Source: Candidatus Cloacimonadota bacterium
Lineage (GTDB): Bacteria; UBA4055
Assembly: GCA_002742935.1 (NCBI GenBank)
Contig: PDON01000065.1
Coordinates: forward strand, 6,894 to 70,893
DNA length: 64,000 nucleotides
Direction of reading: 5' to 3'
The translations under genes were made by a program, and so were the position numbers. Below, one piece after another: positions 50,176 through 60,183 of the stretch (the first letter of the stretch is position 1; each line of letters begins with the position of its first letter). The notes under the pieces are model-generated. The model was not told where the DNA came from. It was given only the letters and a program-made list of their open reading frames with translations, and did no database searches.

Positions 50176-50474
50176 ATCAATACTATCAAAGATTATCTCC
50201 TCTCTAACTACTTCAACAGATGCATCAAAAGTTATTACAGTATCTGTAAATCCATTTGCTATAGCAAGAGAATCATATTTTAAAGTAAAAGTTCTGGAAT
50301 AGTCCCATCTATCTCCAACATTTAGAGGATACTCAAAATCTTTTTCTCCGGAATCATTATCAGAGTTAATATTAAAACAACCAACAACTCCAATAAGAAT
50401 AAAAACAAATAAAGCTCTTTTAATCCAGTTAATAAAATCTCCTTATTATTCTTACTATTAAAAAAACTATTGGT

Positions 50475-51341
50475 TTACGGATATTTAATCCCAAACCTTT
50501 CTTTATAATAATACCTGCCGATGATAAATACCAAAGCTATTGGAACTGTATATACGGAATAAAGATAAATTGCTTTAAAGGTTAAAGTCAAAATTAAAAT
50601 CTTTGCACTTTTATCAGGAGCAACCCTAGATATATTTAATATTATTGTTAAGAGAAAAGCTGAAGAGATAAATATATCACTACTTAATAGAGATAAAAAT
50701 ATTCCAATTACAGATAGTATATTTCCAACTATAAGAGATCTTTCAACTCCACAGTGTACAGCAAAACTATTTTTACCACAAATTTTATCCCCTTCAATAT
50801 CCGGTATCATTGTAAGGATAGATCCCACAACAATAATATTTCCATAGTTTATAAAATTTATAATAGAAAAATCTTGACAGGTAAGATCTACACCTAAAAG
50901 ATATGTTAAACTACCACCTAAAAATGAGGATAGGAGTGTTAAAAAAGGTCTTCCTTTCCAATCAAAGTATGGCAAGTTATAAAATAGAACAATGGATATA
51001 TAGAGAAATAGTTTAACTAGGAAAATATAGAAAGAAATGCTATAGACAAAAACAAATAATGATGATATAAAAAATAGAAAACAACCCTCTTTTAAGGATA
51101 TTATACCCTTTGAAAGATGGTAGTTTTTATTATTCAATTTATCATTCTCAATATCATAGATCTGATTTAGAATGTAGGAGGAAGCTAGAATATTTATATA
51201 TGAAAATAGCTCCCAAACAGAAAAAAGTTCTCCATTAGAGGACAGTAGTAAAAGTGTAATAGCAGGAAAGAAAAGAACAGGTCTCGTAAAAAAGATATAA
51301 TCTAGAACTTTGATAACTATATTTTTATTGATAAAATTCAC
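50475..51341 (-). CDS. UbiA-family aromatic prenyltransferase (possibly menaquinone-related).
   Basis: Eight to nine TM helices. Asp-rich motif NQIYDIENDKLN. Overlaps the rodA stop. Confidence 0.55.
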   Translation of the reverse strand: MNFINKNIVIKVLDYIFFTRPVLFFPAITLLLLSSNGELFSVWELFSYINILASSYILNQIYDIENDKLNNKNYHLSKGIISLKEGCFLFFISSLFVFVYSISFYIFLVKLFLYISIVLFYNLPYFDWKGRPFLTLLSSFLGGSLTYLLGVDLTCQDFSIINFINYGNIIVVGSILTMIPDIEGDKICGKNSFAVHCGVERSLIVGNILSVIGIFLSLLSSDIFISSAFLLTIILNISRVAPDKSAKILILTLTFKAIYLYSVYTVPIALVFIIGRYYYKERFGIKYP

Positions 51342-52555
51342 TAATAATCCCTTCTGTTTCTGGATATATTAACCAAGAGTGCAACAAGAACCATGTTAAA
51401 AAGAAGTGATGAACCTCCATAACTTAAAAAGGGAAGAGGAAGTCCCGTAATAGGCATAACACCTATAGTCATACCAATGTTGATAAAAACCTGATAGAGA
51501 AATATTGAAGCTATACCTACACAGAGAAGATAGTAATGCTTATTATTAACCTTAAGAGATATCATAATTGTTCTGTATATTATCACAAAAAAGAGGAAAA
51601 GAACCAAAATACCTGTAATAGCTCCCATCTCTTCAATAATTACTGAAAAAATAAAATCTGTATGACCTTCAGGTAAAAATCCCAGCTGAGTTTGGGAACC
51701 TCCATTTATTCCTCTACCAAAAAAGCCACCATTTGCAATAGCTGTCTTGGATTGTACTATTTGCCACCCACCCTTTTGGATATGCTTTTCAGGATTCAAA
51801 AAGCTTGTAATCCTAAGCTTTTGATAAGGTTTTAATCTATCCCAAATAAAAGATGTTCCCATTCCAATAGAGAAGTTAATTAACCATAAAGCTGCAATAT
51901 TTATTCTTTTCTTACCAAATTTAAACAGTATAAATCCATAAACTATTAAATATGAAACAAAAAATTGGTATCCTAATGCCTTAAAAATAATAGAAAAAAT
52001 AATCATAAAAAGATTAAATGCATGGAAATAATCTAAACCGTTGGCAAACATAATTACACCAAATATAGCCAAATAAACTAAAGATGTCCCTAGATCAGGT
52101 TGTTTATAAATTAGTAAAACAGGTAAAAGTGTAATTGCAGCCGCAATAAAATTTGTAAAATTAAATCTATTTATCTTTATGTTGAATTTTGAGTAAAAGT
52201 TTGCCAGTACAATAACTAGGATAATCTTTCCAAATTCAGATGGTTGAATTTCATAAAAACCTAAATTTAACCACCTTCTAGCCCCCATATGGGAAGTTCC
52301 GAAAAAGAGAACCGCTACCAAAGAAACTATCATAATAGTATAAAGGTATATAGATATGTTCATCAGCTTTTTAGGATTGATAAATTGAATAATAAAAGAT
52401 CCTGCCAAGCCAAGAATAAACCAAATTAACTGTTTTTGATATTTAGGAAACCCCAAATCTTCACCGGAACTGTATATTGCAATAATACCAATTAGAATAA
52501 GAATAATAGAGGATATTATTAGAGGATAATCTGTTTCTTTTTTAACCATTATCAA
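51341..52555 (-). CDS. rodA: FtsW/RodA/SpoVE family peptidoglycan glycosyltransferase (SEDS).
   Basis: Ten TM helices. Conserved PEGHTDFIFS and GLPLPFLSYGGSS motifs. Confidence 0.85.
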   Translation of the reverse strand: MIMVKKETDYPLIISSIILILIGIIAIYSSGEDLGFPKYQKQLIWFILGLAGSFIIQFINPKKLMNISIYLYTIMIVSLVAVLFFGTSHMGARRWLNLGFYEIQPSEFGKIILVIVLANFYSKFNIKINRFNFTNFIAAAITLLPVLLIYKQPDLGTSLVYLAIFGVIMFANGLDYFHAFNLFMIIFSIIFKALGYQFFVSYLIVYGFILFKFGKKRINIAALWLINFSIGMGTSFIWDRLKPYQKLRITSFLNPEKHIQKGGWQIVQSKTAIANGGFFGRGINGGSQTQLGFLPEGHTDFIFSVIIEEMGAITGILVLFLFFVIIYRTIMISLKVNNKHYYLLCVGIASIFLYQVFINIGMTIGVMPITGLPLPFLSYGGSSLLFNMVLVALLVNISRNRRDY

Positions 52556-52689
52556 AGCTTCCTAAAAGAGATAAATTATCTTTATCTATTCAACTATCTC
52601 TGGAAAATAAAAAATTTTTAGTTAATTTAAATTGATAAAAATAAAAAAGGAGCTATTTCAGCTCCTTTTTTATACAATAAAAGATTAGC

Positions 52690-54243
52690 CTACTTAACTA
52701 AAACCATCTTCTTGGTTAAAGAAGCGTTTGGAGTAGTTAAAGTGTAGAAATAAACACCTGCATTTAAGTTTAATGCATTAAACTTAACACTGTGATTACC
52801 TGTAGCCATTTCACTATTTAGAAGCTCTTTTACAAGCTCTCCATTTGAATTGAATACACTTAAATTAACCATACCGCTCATTGTGTTTCTAAAACTAATA
52901 GTAGTTTCAGGGTTGAAAGGGTTTGGATAGTTTTGAGCTAAAGTAGTAGAACCTGGAACTATTTCTGATTCAATACCAGACATTGTAGTTACATAAGCTC
53001 TTATATACCAGTTTCCTTCAAATCCTACTTCAGAAAGATGAATCCAGTCGCCATCAGCATATGCCCAGTTTCCATCAAGGTTTGTACTAACACTCTCATC
53101 ACGAGCCATATAGTTTCCACCTGACTCAAAAACAAAAGCCACTTTTCCGGTAATAACTTCTTCGGAATTAACACTTACAACTGTTCCTTCTCCACCAAGT
53201 GCATTAAATGTTCCTGTTAAATCACCAATTACATCATCAATACTTGGAGTAGTTCCATTATACTGAGTAACCTTCCAAGTAACACCATTTTCAGGATTTG
53301 AGTATCCAGCTTCAAGGGTATTTACTTTCACTGACGATTCACCAAAATCCCAAGTAATTGCAGAAGCCCATGGAGCATTAGCAATACCTACTGCACCATC
53401 AAAACTATAATTAGCACCATACTCTACCCAATACTCATTAGCATTAGGATCGGTAACACTTACAGCAAAAACATCTGTTTTTTCAAAAGAATCATTTTCA
53501 GCCTTAACTGTAATGTTAGCAATTCCACTACTAGAACCTGCAGTTACTGTAAGAGTGTTACCAGAAAGAGAAGCAGTTGCTACACTAGGAGATGAACTAC
53601 CTTCAACTGTTACAATTATTTCTACACCTGGCTCAGCACTGAAAACATCACTGATATCGATATCCATAGTTTCATTAACATTCATTGCAATATCTTCGAT
53701 AGGATTATCTACAAAGATATAATTAGGATCGAAAGAATCAATTGCATCCTTCATTGCTGCATCTAAGTTTGAGTTGTTATCGTTGTAGAAAACCCTATAA
53801 CCTTTTCCAACCACACCAAATAAAGGAACATAACCATTTCCAAAACCTCCCGAGTTATTGTATAAACCCGTAGAAACCGGATAGTTTTGACCTGACCAAT
53901 TATATGTAGCCACCCAGTATGATTTTCCCGCATAAGGACCTGAAGCATCAGGACCAAAAACATTTGCCCATTTTTGTTGCATTACCGGCGCCGCCGCTAC
54001 ACAACCAGGTCAACCTGCACTTCCCCAGAAGATCATTACAGGTTTGCCTGCATCAACCTGCTCATAGATTGATGTTGTAACACCATCAGTTGTTGTAAAT
54101 GTAATATTTGAGCATACATCTCCAACATCATACTGTCTAGTTTCTTGATTTTCTACCTTCTCAAATTTAGCAACTTTCCCCTCATTTGCAAAAGCGACAA
54201 AAGATACTGAAAGTAGAAAGATCAATAATGAAAACTTTTTCAT
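52690..54243 (-). CDS. Secreted thioredoxin-fold (redoxin/TlpA-like) protein with Ig-like middle domains and a T9SS type-A C-terminal sorting domain. It contains one in-frame TGA (complement of 54010-54012) at the first position of the redox motif (U-P-G-C), making it a candidate selenoprotein.
   Basis: ORF-track pieces 54010..54243 and 52690..53982 lie in the same frame, separated only by TGA plus 9 sense codons (PGCVAAAPV). The joined sequence reads ...GKPVMIFWGSAG-[TGA]-PGCV..., the canonical redoxin strand-loop with CxxC. The C-terminus NYPNPFNPETTISF is the T9SS CTD signature. Signal peptide and an AAGGGGAG RBS are present. Confidence 0.5.
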
Positions 54244-54440
54244 AGTTCTCCCCTTAATTTAAATTTGATTAAAAATATATGGTAATTTTAAAAAAAAAGT
54301 AACTAAAAAAGAAACAAAAACACCTTAATTGCTCTTTTGTTAATGTTTTTAGAGAGCCTAATTTAATCATATTAGGATCTAATTTAAAAAAAATAAAAAG
54401 CTTTAGAAGCCTGTTAAAAAATTATTCAAAAAAGCAAAAC

Positions 54441-55547
54441 TTACCATTGATCAGATCCTGATTTATCTCTCAAAAATTTAGATACCAACAAATTGTTTAA
54501 ACTCTTTTCCTCACTATTTCCACCTTCAAAAACTAAACTACCATCAGAAAATCTCCTCTGCCTTATCAATCTTTCGGAGCCGGGTATTGTATCAAATTTT
54601 CTCACAATTTCAGCAACCTTAAAACCTGAGTAATCCCACATACACTCCCTATTACCACAAGGTTGAAAATCTTCATTACAAGGATAACAACCCCTATTTG
54701 GAATATAGATTATAGCATCTGAAAATGGAGCTGTTTGAAAATAGTAGGCAGATATATTGTAGAGTCCTAAAATTTTAATCTCTGTTCTTGCTGCCATATG
54801 TATTGTTGCCGTATCGGGAGATATTAAAAGATCTGATGACACCAAAAGCTGATAAAGCTCTTTTAGAGATTGTTTCCCTGTAAGATTTTCTATATTTTCA
54901 AACTCTGTAAAAGGAGAATATATTTCATTTCCTTTATCTATATCAGTACCCACAAGAAACAGATTATAATCTCTTTTAAGATTTTCAATAAGATTTATGT
55001 AAAAACTATTGGGAAAATTTCTAATACTACTTCCCGTGTTCACATTAATAACTATATTTTTTATTGATCTACTATTTTTGGCAACAGGTATATTTTCTAT
55101 ATTTTCCAAATATGAAAGATAGAGTTGCGATATATTTATGGGAGCCTTTTTTCTATTATCAGCACTATTAAAGAGGAGAGAAAACTGTTTATCCTTAATA
55201 ATCTTTCTATCATCATAAGTTACACCTAAAACTTTTTTTCCAAAAAATGATGATATATAAAAACTAAGTTCAAAGGAGTTTAAGTTTATTGCATAATCAA
55301 ATGTAGAAGCTCTATCCTTTCCCAAAAGATAAGAAAATCTATCAAAATTTAGAGTTTTTGAGCACTCTAATAAACCATCTATATCAAGCTCAACAATTTC
55401 ACAATCAACTATCTCTTTTAAGAAAGATAAAACATTTAGTTTTGGGATAAAGAAAGTTACCCTCTCCCTTTTAGAAAGTTCCTCTATTAAAGGTAAGGAT
55501 TGGAGAAGATCTCCTAACCTCAACAGATTAACAACACATACTTTCAT
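54441..55547 (-). CDS. Glycosyltransferase family 9 (LPS heptosyltransferase-like) with a Cys-rich C-terminal extension.
   Basis: MKVCVVNLLRLGDLLQSLP N-terminus typical of GT9. The C-terminal ~60 aa carry CYPCNEDFQPCGNREC. Confidence 0.7.
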   Translation of the reverse strand: MKVCVVNLLRLGDLLQSLPLIEELSKRERVTFFIPKLNVLSFLKEIVDCEIVELDIDGLLECSKTLNFDRFSYLLGKDRASTFDYAINLNSFELSFYISSFFGKKVLGVTYDDRKIIKDKQFSLLFNSADNRKKAPINISQLYLSYLENIENIPVAKNSRSIKNIVINVNTGSSIRNFPNSFYINLIENLKRDYNLFLVGTDIDKGNEIYSPFTEFENIENLTGKQSLKELYQLLVSSDLLISPDTATIHMAARTEIKILGLYNISAYYFQTAPFSDAIIYIPNRGCYPCNEDFQPCGNRECMWDYSGFKVAEIVRKFDTIPGSERLIRQRRFSDGSLVFEGGNSEEKSLNNLLVSKFLRDKSGSDQW

Positions 55548-55652
55548 AGATAAACTACCCTCTACACTAAAAAATAAAGAGTAGAGAAAAGAGTTTCTAT
55601 AGAAATATATACTCTGTAATACTCTACTCTTCTTCTATTCTACAGATAGATA

Positions 55653-56210
55653 TTATTTTTTTAAATTATACTCATCTGTAATATCTTTTATAGGGTTTTC
55701 TATATACCCCTTTGCATAATCAACATATTTTTGGGCATGTTTTACAAGATATTCCGCCTCTTCGTTACTAACTTTTCTTCTAACCTTGGCCGGAACTCCG
55801 GCAATTAAAGAGTTATCCTCAAAAACAGCACCCTCCAAAACAACAGCACCTCCTGCAACAATAGAGTTTTTACCAATTTTAGCATTATCCAAAATTGTAG
55901 CTCCCATACCAACAAGGGTATTATCTCCAATAGTACAACCATGAATAGTTGCAGAGTGTCCAACCGTAACATTGTTTCCAACTACAGCATCAAACTCATT
56001 TGTCATATGGATACAGCTATTATCCTGAATACTTGTATTTTTACCTATTCTTGCGTAACCAACATCACCTCTAATGGTAACATTAAACCATATACTTGAA
56101 CCGGAATCAATCTCAACCTTTCCAATTACATCGGCAGAATCTGCAACAAAAACATCTTTTTCTATTTTAGGTTTAATACCCATATACTCATAAATCATAA
56201 AACTCTCCAA
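55653..56210 (-). CDS. Gamma-class carbonic anhydrase / left-handed beta-helix (hexapeptide repeat) family protein.
   Basis: Hexapeptide repeats with metal-ligand His pattern (IGKNTSIQDNSCIH...VGHSATIHGC). Confidence 0.8.
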   Translation of the reverse strand: MESFMIYEYMGIKPKIEKDVFVADSADVIGKVEIDSGSSIWFNVTIRGDVGYARIGKNTSIQDNSCIHMTNEFDAVVGNNVTVGHSATIHGCTIGDNTLVGMGATILDNAKIGKNSIVAGGAVVLEGAVFEDNSLIAGVPAKVRRKVSNEEAEYLVKHAQKYVDYAKGYIENPIKDITDEYNLKK

Positions 56211-56265
56211 TAGATTTTAGTTAGAAAAGATTAAAAATCTACCAACTAAAAATTTATATTCTAAT

Positions 56266-58044
56266 TTAAGATAAAGGTCTCGTTTTCTCCTCTAACCAAA
56301 TCTTCTCCTCTTCATTCAGATACGGAGAAACAAGATCAAACACACTCTTATGATATGAATCTATCCAATCAATCTGATCCTTACTTAAAAGAGAAGTATC
56401 CACAAGATCTCTTTCAATTGGAACCTTTGTCAATGTTTCAAATGAGAAAAATTTAATACCCTCATTTGTTTTCTCCTCTTTAACCACTATAAGATTTTCT
56501 ATCCTTATTCCATGACTATTGGCTAAATATCTACCCGGCTCATTAGAAACAATCATACCTTTTTCAAGTGAAACAGCCTTAGGAAAAGGACTTATATTTT
56601 GAGGACCTTCATGTACATTTAGAAAATGACCAACACCGTGACCCGTTCCATGACCATAGTTTAGGAAATAATCCCAAAGTGGTTTTCTTGCCAATATATC
56701 AAGCTGATAACCTTTTGTTCCTTCAGGAAATTTAACTTTAGAAAGTTCAACCATTCCTTTGAGGACTAAAGTATAATCCCTAATCTCCTCATTAGTTGGT
56801 TTTCCTATAGCTGCAACCCTTGTAATATCGGTAGTACCCTCAAAATATTGACCTCCAGAATCTATTAGATATAAACCATCCCCGGAAATTTTTCTATCAC
56901 TCTTCTCATCAACTCTGTAATGAATAATAGCACCGTTACCCTTAAATCCGGAAATAGCGGGGAAACTATCTTGAACATAGTTTTCCATAGATGCTCTAAA
57001 AGCAGTTAACTTATCAGAAGCGGAAAGTTCACTTATTTCTCCAGAACCAACATTTTTATAGATCCAGTGAAGAAATTTAACAACAGCAGCTCCATCTTTA
57101 ATGTGGGCAACTCTCATACCCTCAACTTCAACGCTATTCTTTTTAGCTTTCATAAGAGTTGAAGGGTTTGGAAGATTTACAATATCAGAAACAGTTTCAA
57201 GAGCTCTGTAGATAGAATAGTTTATTCTGTTAAAATCAATAACTACTTTAGATTTTTTTACTAAGGATTTAACTACTTCACCTGTGGTGTTATAACTTTC
57301 AATATCTACACCACTCTTTTTTAAACTACTCTTCACATCTTCGGGAATCTTTTCAGGGTTAACAAACAAAGTTACCTTTTCCATACCAATGAGAAGATAG
57401 GAGATAAAACAAGGATTGTAACTTATATCGCTTCCTCTTAAATTCAATATCCATGCAATATCATCTAGAGTTGAAATGAAGTTATAATCACCTTTTCCCT
57501 TAATACTCTCTCTAATTCTATCTATTTTACTTTCTCTGGATTCTCCTGAAAATTTAACATCAAGTTCAAAAACTTTATCCATTGGAACTGTAGGCCTATC
57601 ACTCCAAACTGTTTCAGCAAGATCATATTCTGCTACAACTTCAATCTTTTTAGTTAAAAACTTGCTTACCATTCCTTTAACAATACCGTAAGAAACAACA
57701 TAACCATCTAAACCAAACTTTGACCCCTCTTCAAGATTCTCATAAACCCAATCATTTATGGAAGGAACACCAGCTTCTCCCATTTTAAAAAGATCTATAC
57801 CGGAACCTTTAAGCTCCTCTTCTGCTTGTAAAAAGTATCTGCCATCAGTCCACAATCCAGCTTTATCAGCTAAAACAACTACAGTTCCTGCTGAACCTGT
57901 AAAACCTGAAATATAAGATCTAAAACTCCATCTCTCTGCAACATATTCAGAATCGTGAGGATCTGTTGATGGAATAAAATAACCATCAAGACCCTTTAAT
58001 TTCATCTCTTCTCTAATCTTTGCTACTCTTTTCTTTATATCCAT
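56266..58044 (-). CDS. Xaa-Pro aminopeptidase (M24B, aminopeptidase P-like with N-terminal creatinase-like domains). The ORF-track start at 58206 gives an unlikely 54-aa extension, so the Met at 58044 is preferred.
   Basis: Pita-bread fold metal ligands: D...D, HGTGHGVGHFLNVHE, E...E. A long N-terminal double domain as in the 3-domain APP family. Confidence 0.8.
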   Translation of the reverse strand: MDIKKRVAKIREEMKLKGLDGYFIPSTDPHDSEYVAERWSFRSYISGFTGSAGTVVVLADKAGLWTDGRYFLQAEEELKGSGIDLFKMGEAGVPSINDWVYENLEEGSKFGLDGYVVSYGIVKGMVSKFLTKKIEVVAEYDLAETVWSDRPTVPMDKVFELDVKFSGESRESKIDRIRESIKGKGDYNFISTLDDIAWILNLRGSDISYNPCFISYLLIGMEKVTLFVNPEKIPEDVKSSLKKSGVDIESYNTTGEVVKSLVKKSKVVIDFNRINYSIYRALETVSDIVNLPNPSTLMKAKKNSVEVEGMRVAHIKDGAAVVKFLHWIYKNVGSGEISELSASDKLTAFRASMENYVQDSFPAISGFKGNGAIIHYRVDEKSDRKISGDGLYLIDSGGQYFEGTTDITRVAAIGKPTNEEIRDYTLVLKGMVELSKVKFPEGTKGYQLDILARKPLWDYFLNYGHGTGHGVGHFLNVHEGPQNISPFPKAVSLEKGMIVSNEPGRYLANSHGIRIENLIVVKEEKTNEGIKFFSFETLTKVPIERDLVDTSLLSKDQIDWIDSYHKSVFDLVSPYLNEEEKIWLEEKTRPLS

Positions 58045-58533
58045 CTTTATCCCTCTAATTTTATTTAATTTAGTAATTGAAATATTAACTAAAAAACTCA
58101 TATGAAAATATGATAGATATTTTAATCTAGTCTTAAATATAGTTAAACTAATTAGGAGTTTCAAGTAAATAGACTTGACAGATTTAGGGAACTTAACACT
58201 AAACAATTTTACTCCAATTATATTGAATTAGAGAAAATAGATTAGGGTTTAGAACTTTATTCTTCTGTAGATAGTCTACATATTTCATGAGGCTTTAAAA
58301 TTTGGTATAATTTTTGAAAAATTATTGCTCAATGATAAAGAGTTCTGATATTATCTACAAAACACCGTGCTTTTCATCATTCTCTTCATGTTGTTTTCCC
58401 ACTTTATCCAATAGTGGCTTTGTAAACTTTTTTAGAATATTATTTTTGGGAATACCTACAACACAATTAATATTATTTCTTTACACATCAACTAAGAATA
58501 TCCTTTCTGGTTTCGTAATTGGAACCTCAACAA

Positions 58534-59889
58534 CTATTCTATTATTTTTAAATATTTTTGAGACATTTTTTGATGCTCTGGAGATTTTAAATAGGATTCT
58601 ATAACAGGTTTAACTTTCGCTAATTTTTTTAGATTATGGTATTTGTGATAAAATCTGGCTAAATGACAAGTTGAAAGCAAATAATTTCTTTCGTCAGCTA
58701 TTTGTCTAAACAAAAGCCTGGCTCTTAAAAAAGATTTTTCTGATTTTCTATGTTCTCCTGCAATATTTAAATAAGAAAGTCCCCTAACTAATTCAATCTT
58801 AGCTTTTTGATAGTTATTTTCTTTAGTATATTTTTCAGCTTTTTCTAAATATTCGGTTGCATTTGTGTACTCTCTTAATCCATTATAACACATTGCAATA
58901 TTTAAGCATACTTTACCATATTCATCATCCTTTTCCTTTTCAAATTTAAGTGATTTTTTGAAAGATTCTATGCCCTTTTGATACTTTTTAACTCTAGAGT
59001 TAGAAACTCCTAATGTTACTAAGATTTGAACTTTAATTTTAGGATTAGAGGTAGTTGTTAATTGATTTTTAAGCTCATTAATAGTTAATTCGTGATGTTT
59101 TCCCTTTAATTCTAAAGACCTACAAGCACCCTTTATAAATTCAAGGGTAAAACCATTATTACTTGTTTTTTCAAATGTCTCATAAGCTTTATGGTAGCTC
59201 TTTTCTGCTTCTTCTTTTTGGTTGTTAAATTTAAAACAATCTCCAAGATGATAATAAATTTCTCCCTCTATAAAGGAGATTTTACTCTTTAATTTTTCTA
59301 AATATCTTTCTTTTCTTTTTAATATTTTCTTGCCTACTTCAATAGCTTTACTAAAAAGACCCTTATCTCTAAATATGCGGAAAAAAGAATAAATTATTTC
59401 ATAGTAGTTAGGATGTTCTTTATTTTTCGCGAATTTCTGATACTCTTCTAATAATACTTCCTCTTCTTGCTTTTCATATTCTTCAAAATTTTCTAATGAA
59501 GGGAATTCAAAATGCTTATTATTGGTAAGTTTTGCCTTTTTTAGATAGTAGTAAATTGTACCTGCTGTAACTTTGCGACCTAAATTAGTGATAATTTCTT
59601 TGTATGAAATATGCTTATTTTCTTTTTTAAGCTTAACAATTTTTCTCTTTTCTCTATAGCTTAATTTATGTCTTATTTTAAAAGATTCCGGGATTTTTCT
59701 TTGATAAGGTTCTTTTTTATTATTTCTCTCTTTTAGCCAACGATAAATAGAGTTTCTAGAAAAACTATAGGTTGTTGCTAGCATTGAAACGCTAAATCCC
59801 TTGTCATATTCTGCCAAAATTTCGTTTTTAAGTTTTATTGCAACTGTCATGTTGATAGCCTTTTTTATATTGTTTTTTGACTGCCCCAA
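58534..59889 (-). CDS. Putative transcriptional regulator: paired N-terminal HTH motifs plus a TPR repeat array.
   Basis: The N-terminal ~120 aa carry two HTH-like segments (…SRNSIYRWLKE… and …ISYKEIITNLGRKVTAGTIYYYLKK…). Tandem TPR-like repeats follow. Divergent from the small secreted peptide gene. Confidence 0.5.
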   Translation of the reverse strand: MGQSKNNIKKAINMTVAIKLKNEILAEYDKGFSVSMLATTYSFSRNSIYRWLKERNNKKEPYQRKIPESFKIRHKLSYREKRKIVKLKKENKHISYKEIITNLGRKVTAGTIYYYLKKAKLTNNKHFEFPSLENFEEYEKQEEEVLLEEYQKFAKNKEHPNYYEIIYSFFRIFRDKGLFSKAIEVGKKILKRKERYLEKLKSKISFIEGEIYYHLGDCFKFNNQKEEAEKSYHKAYETFEKTSNNGFTLEFIKGACRSLELKGKHHELTINELKNQLTTTSNPKIKVQILVTLGVSNSRVKKYQKGIESFKKSLKFEKEKDDEYGKVCLNIAMCYNGLREYTNATEYLEKAEKYTKENNYQKAKIELVRGLSYLNIAGEHRKSEKSFLRARLLFRQIADERNYLLSTCHLARFYHKYHNLKKLAKVKPVIESYLKSPEHQKMSQKYLKIIE

Positions 59890-59976
59890 AACTAGTATTG
59901 ACTCGTTTTTATTTCTTTTGAATAACTTTTACACTCCTTTTGTGAAAACATCTTAAATTTTAAAAAGGAGAATCTT

Positions 59977-60183
59977 ATGCAGAAGAAACTAACAATTCTG
60001 ATTCTAATTCTTTCAGCTTTATTAACTACTCTCAAGGCTGAAAACCTATGTTCAAATTTGCAAAACCAACCTACAATTGAGAAGTCTGACATTATTTCTT
60101 TAGCTACCCAAAAAGGGGGTCGTACAGGAGATGATAGCGATGACCCCATTGATAACGACCTTGATTTTGACAACTACAAGTAG
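59977..60183 (+). CDS. Small secreted protein or propeptide (68 aa) with an acidic C-terminal tail.
   Basis: AGGAG RBS 7 nt upstream. Signal peptide MQKKLTILILILSALLTTLKA. Supersedes the overlapping antisense ORF 59892..60173. Confidence 0.45.
   Translation: MQKKLTILILILSALLTTLKAENLCSNLQNQPTIEKSDIISLATQKGGRTGDDSDDPIDNDLDFDNYK

Noticed and set aside
59892-60173. Minus-strand 93-aa ORF overlapping the small secreted-peptide gene.
   Set aside because: No RBS and an odd composition. The + strand ORF 59977..60183 has an AGGAG RBS and a clean signal peptide, so the antisense ORF is considered spurious. The same reasoning applies to 58314..58604 versus the regulator gene.
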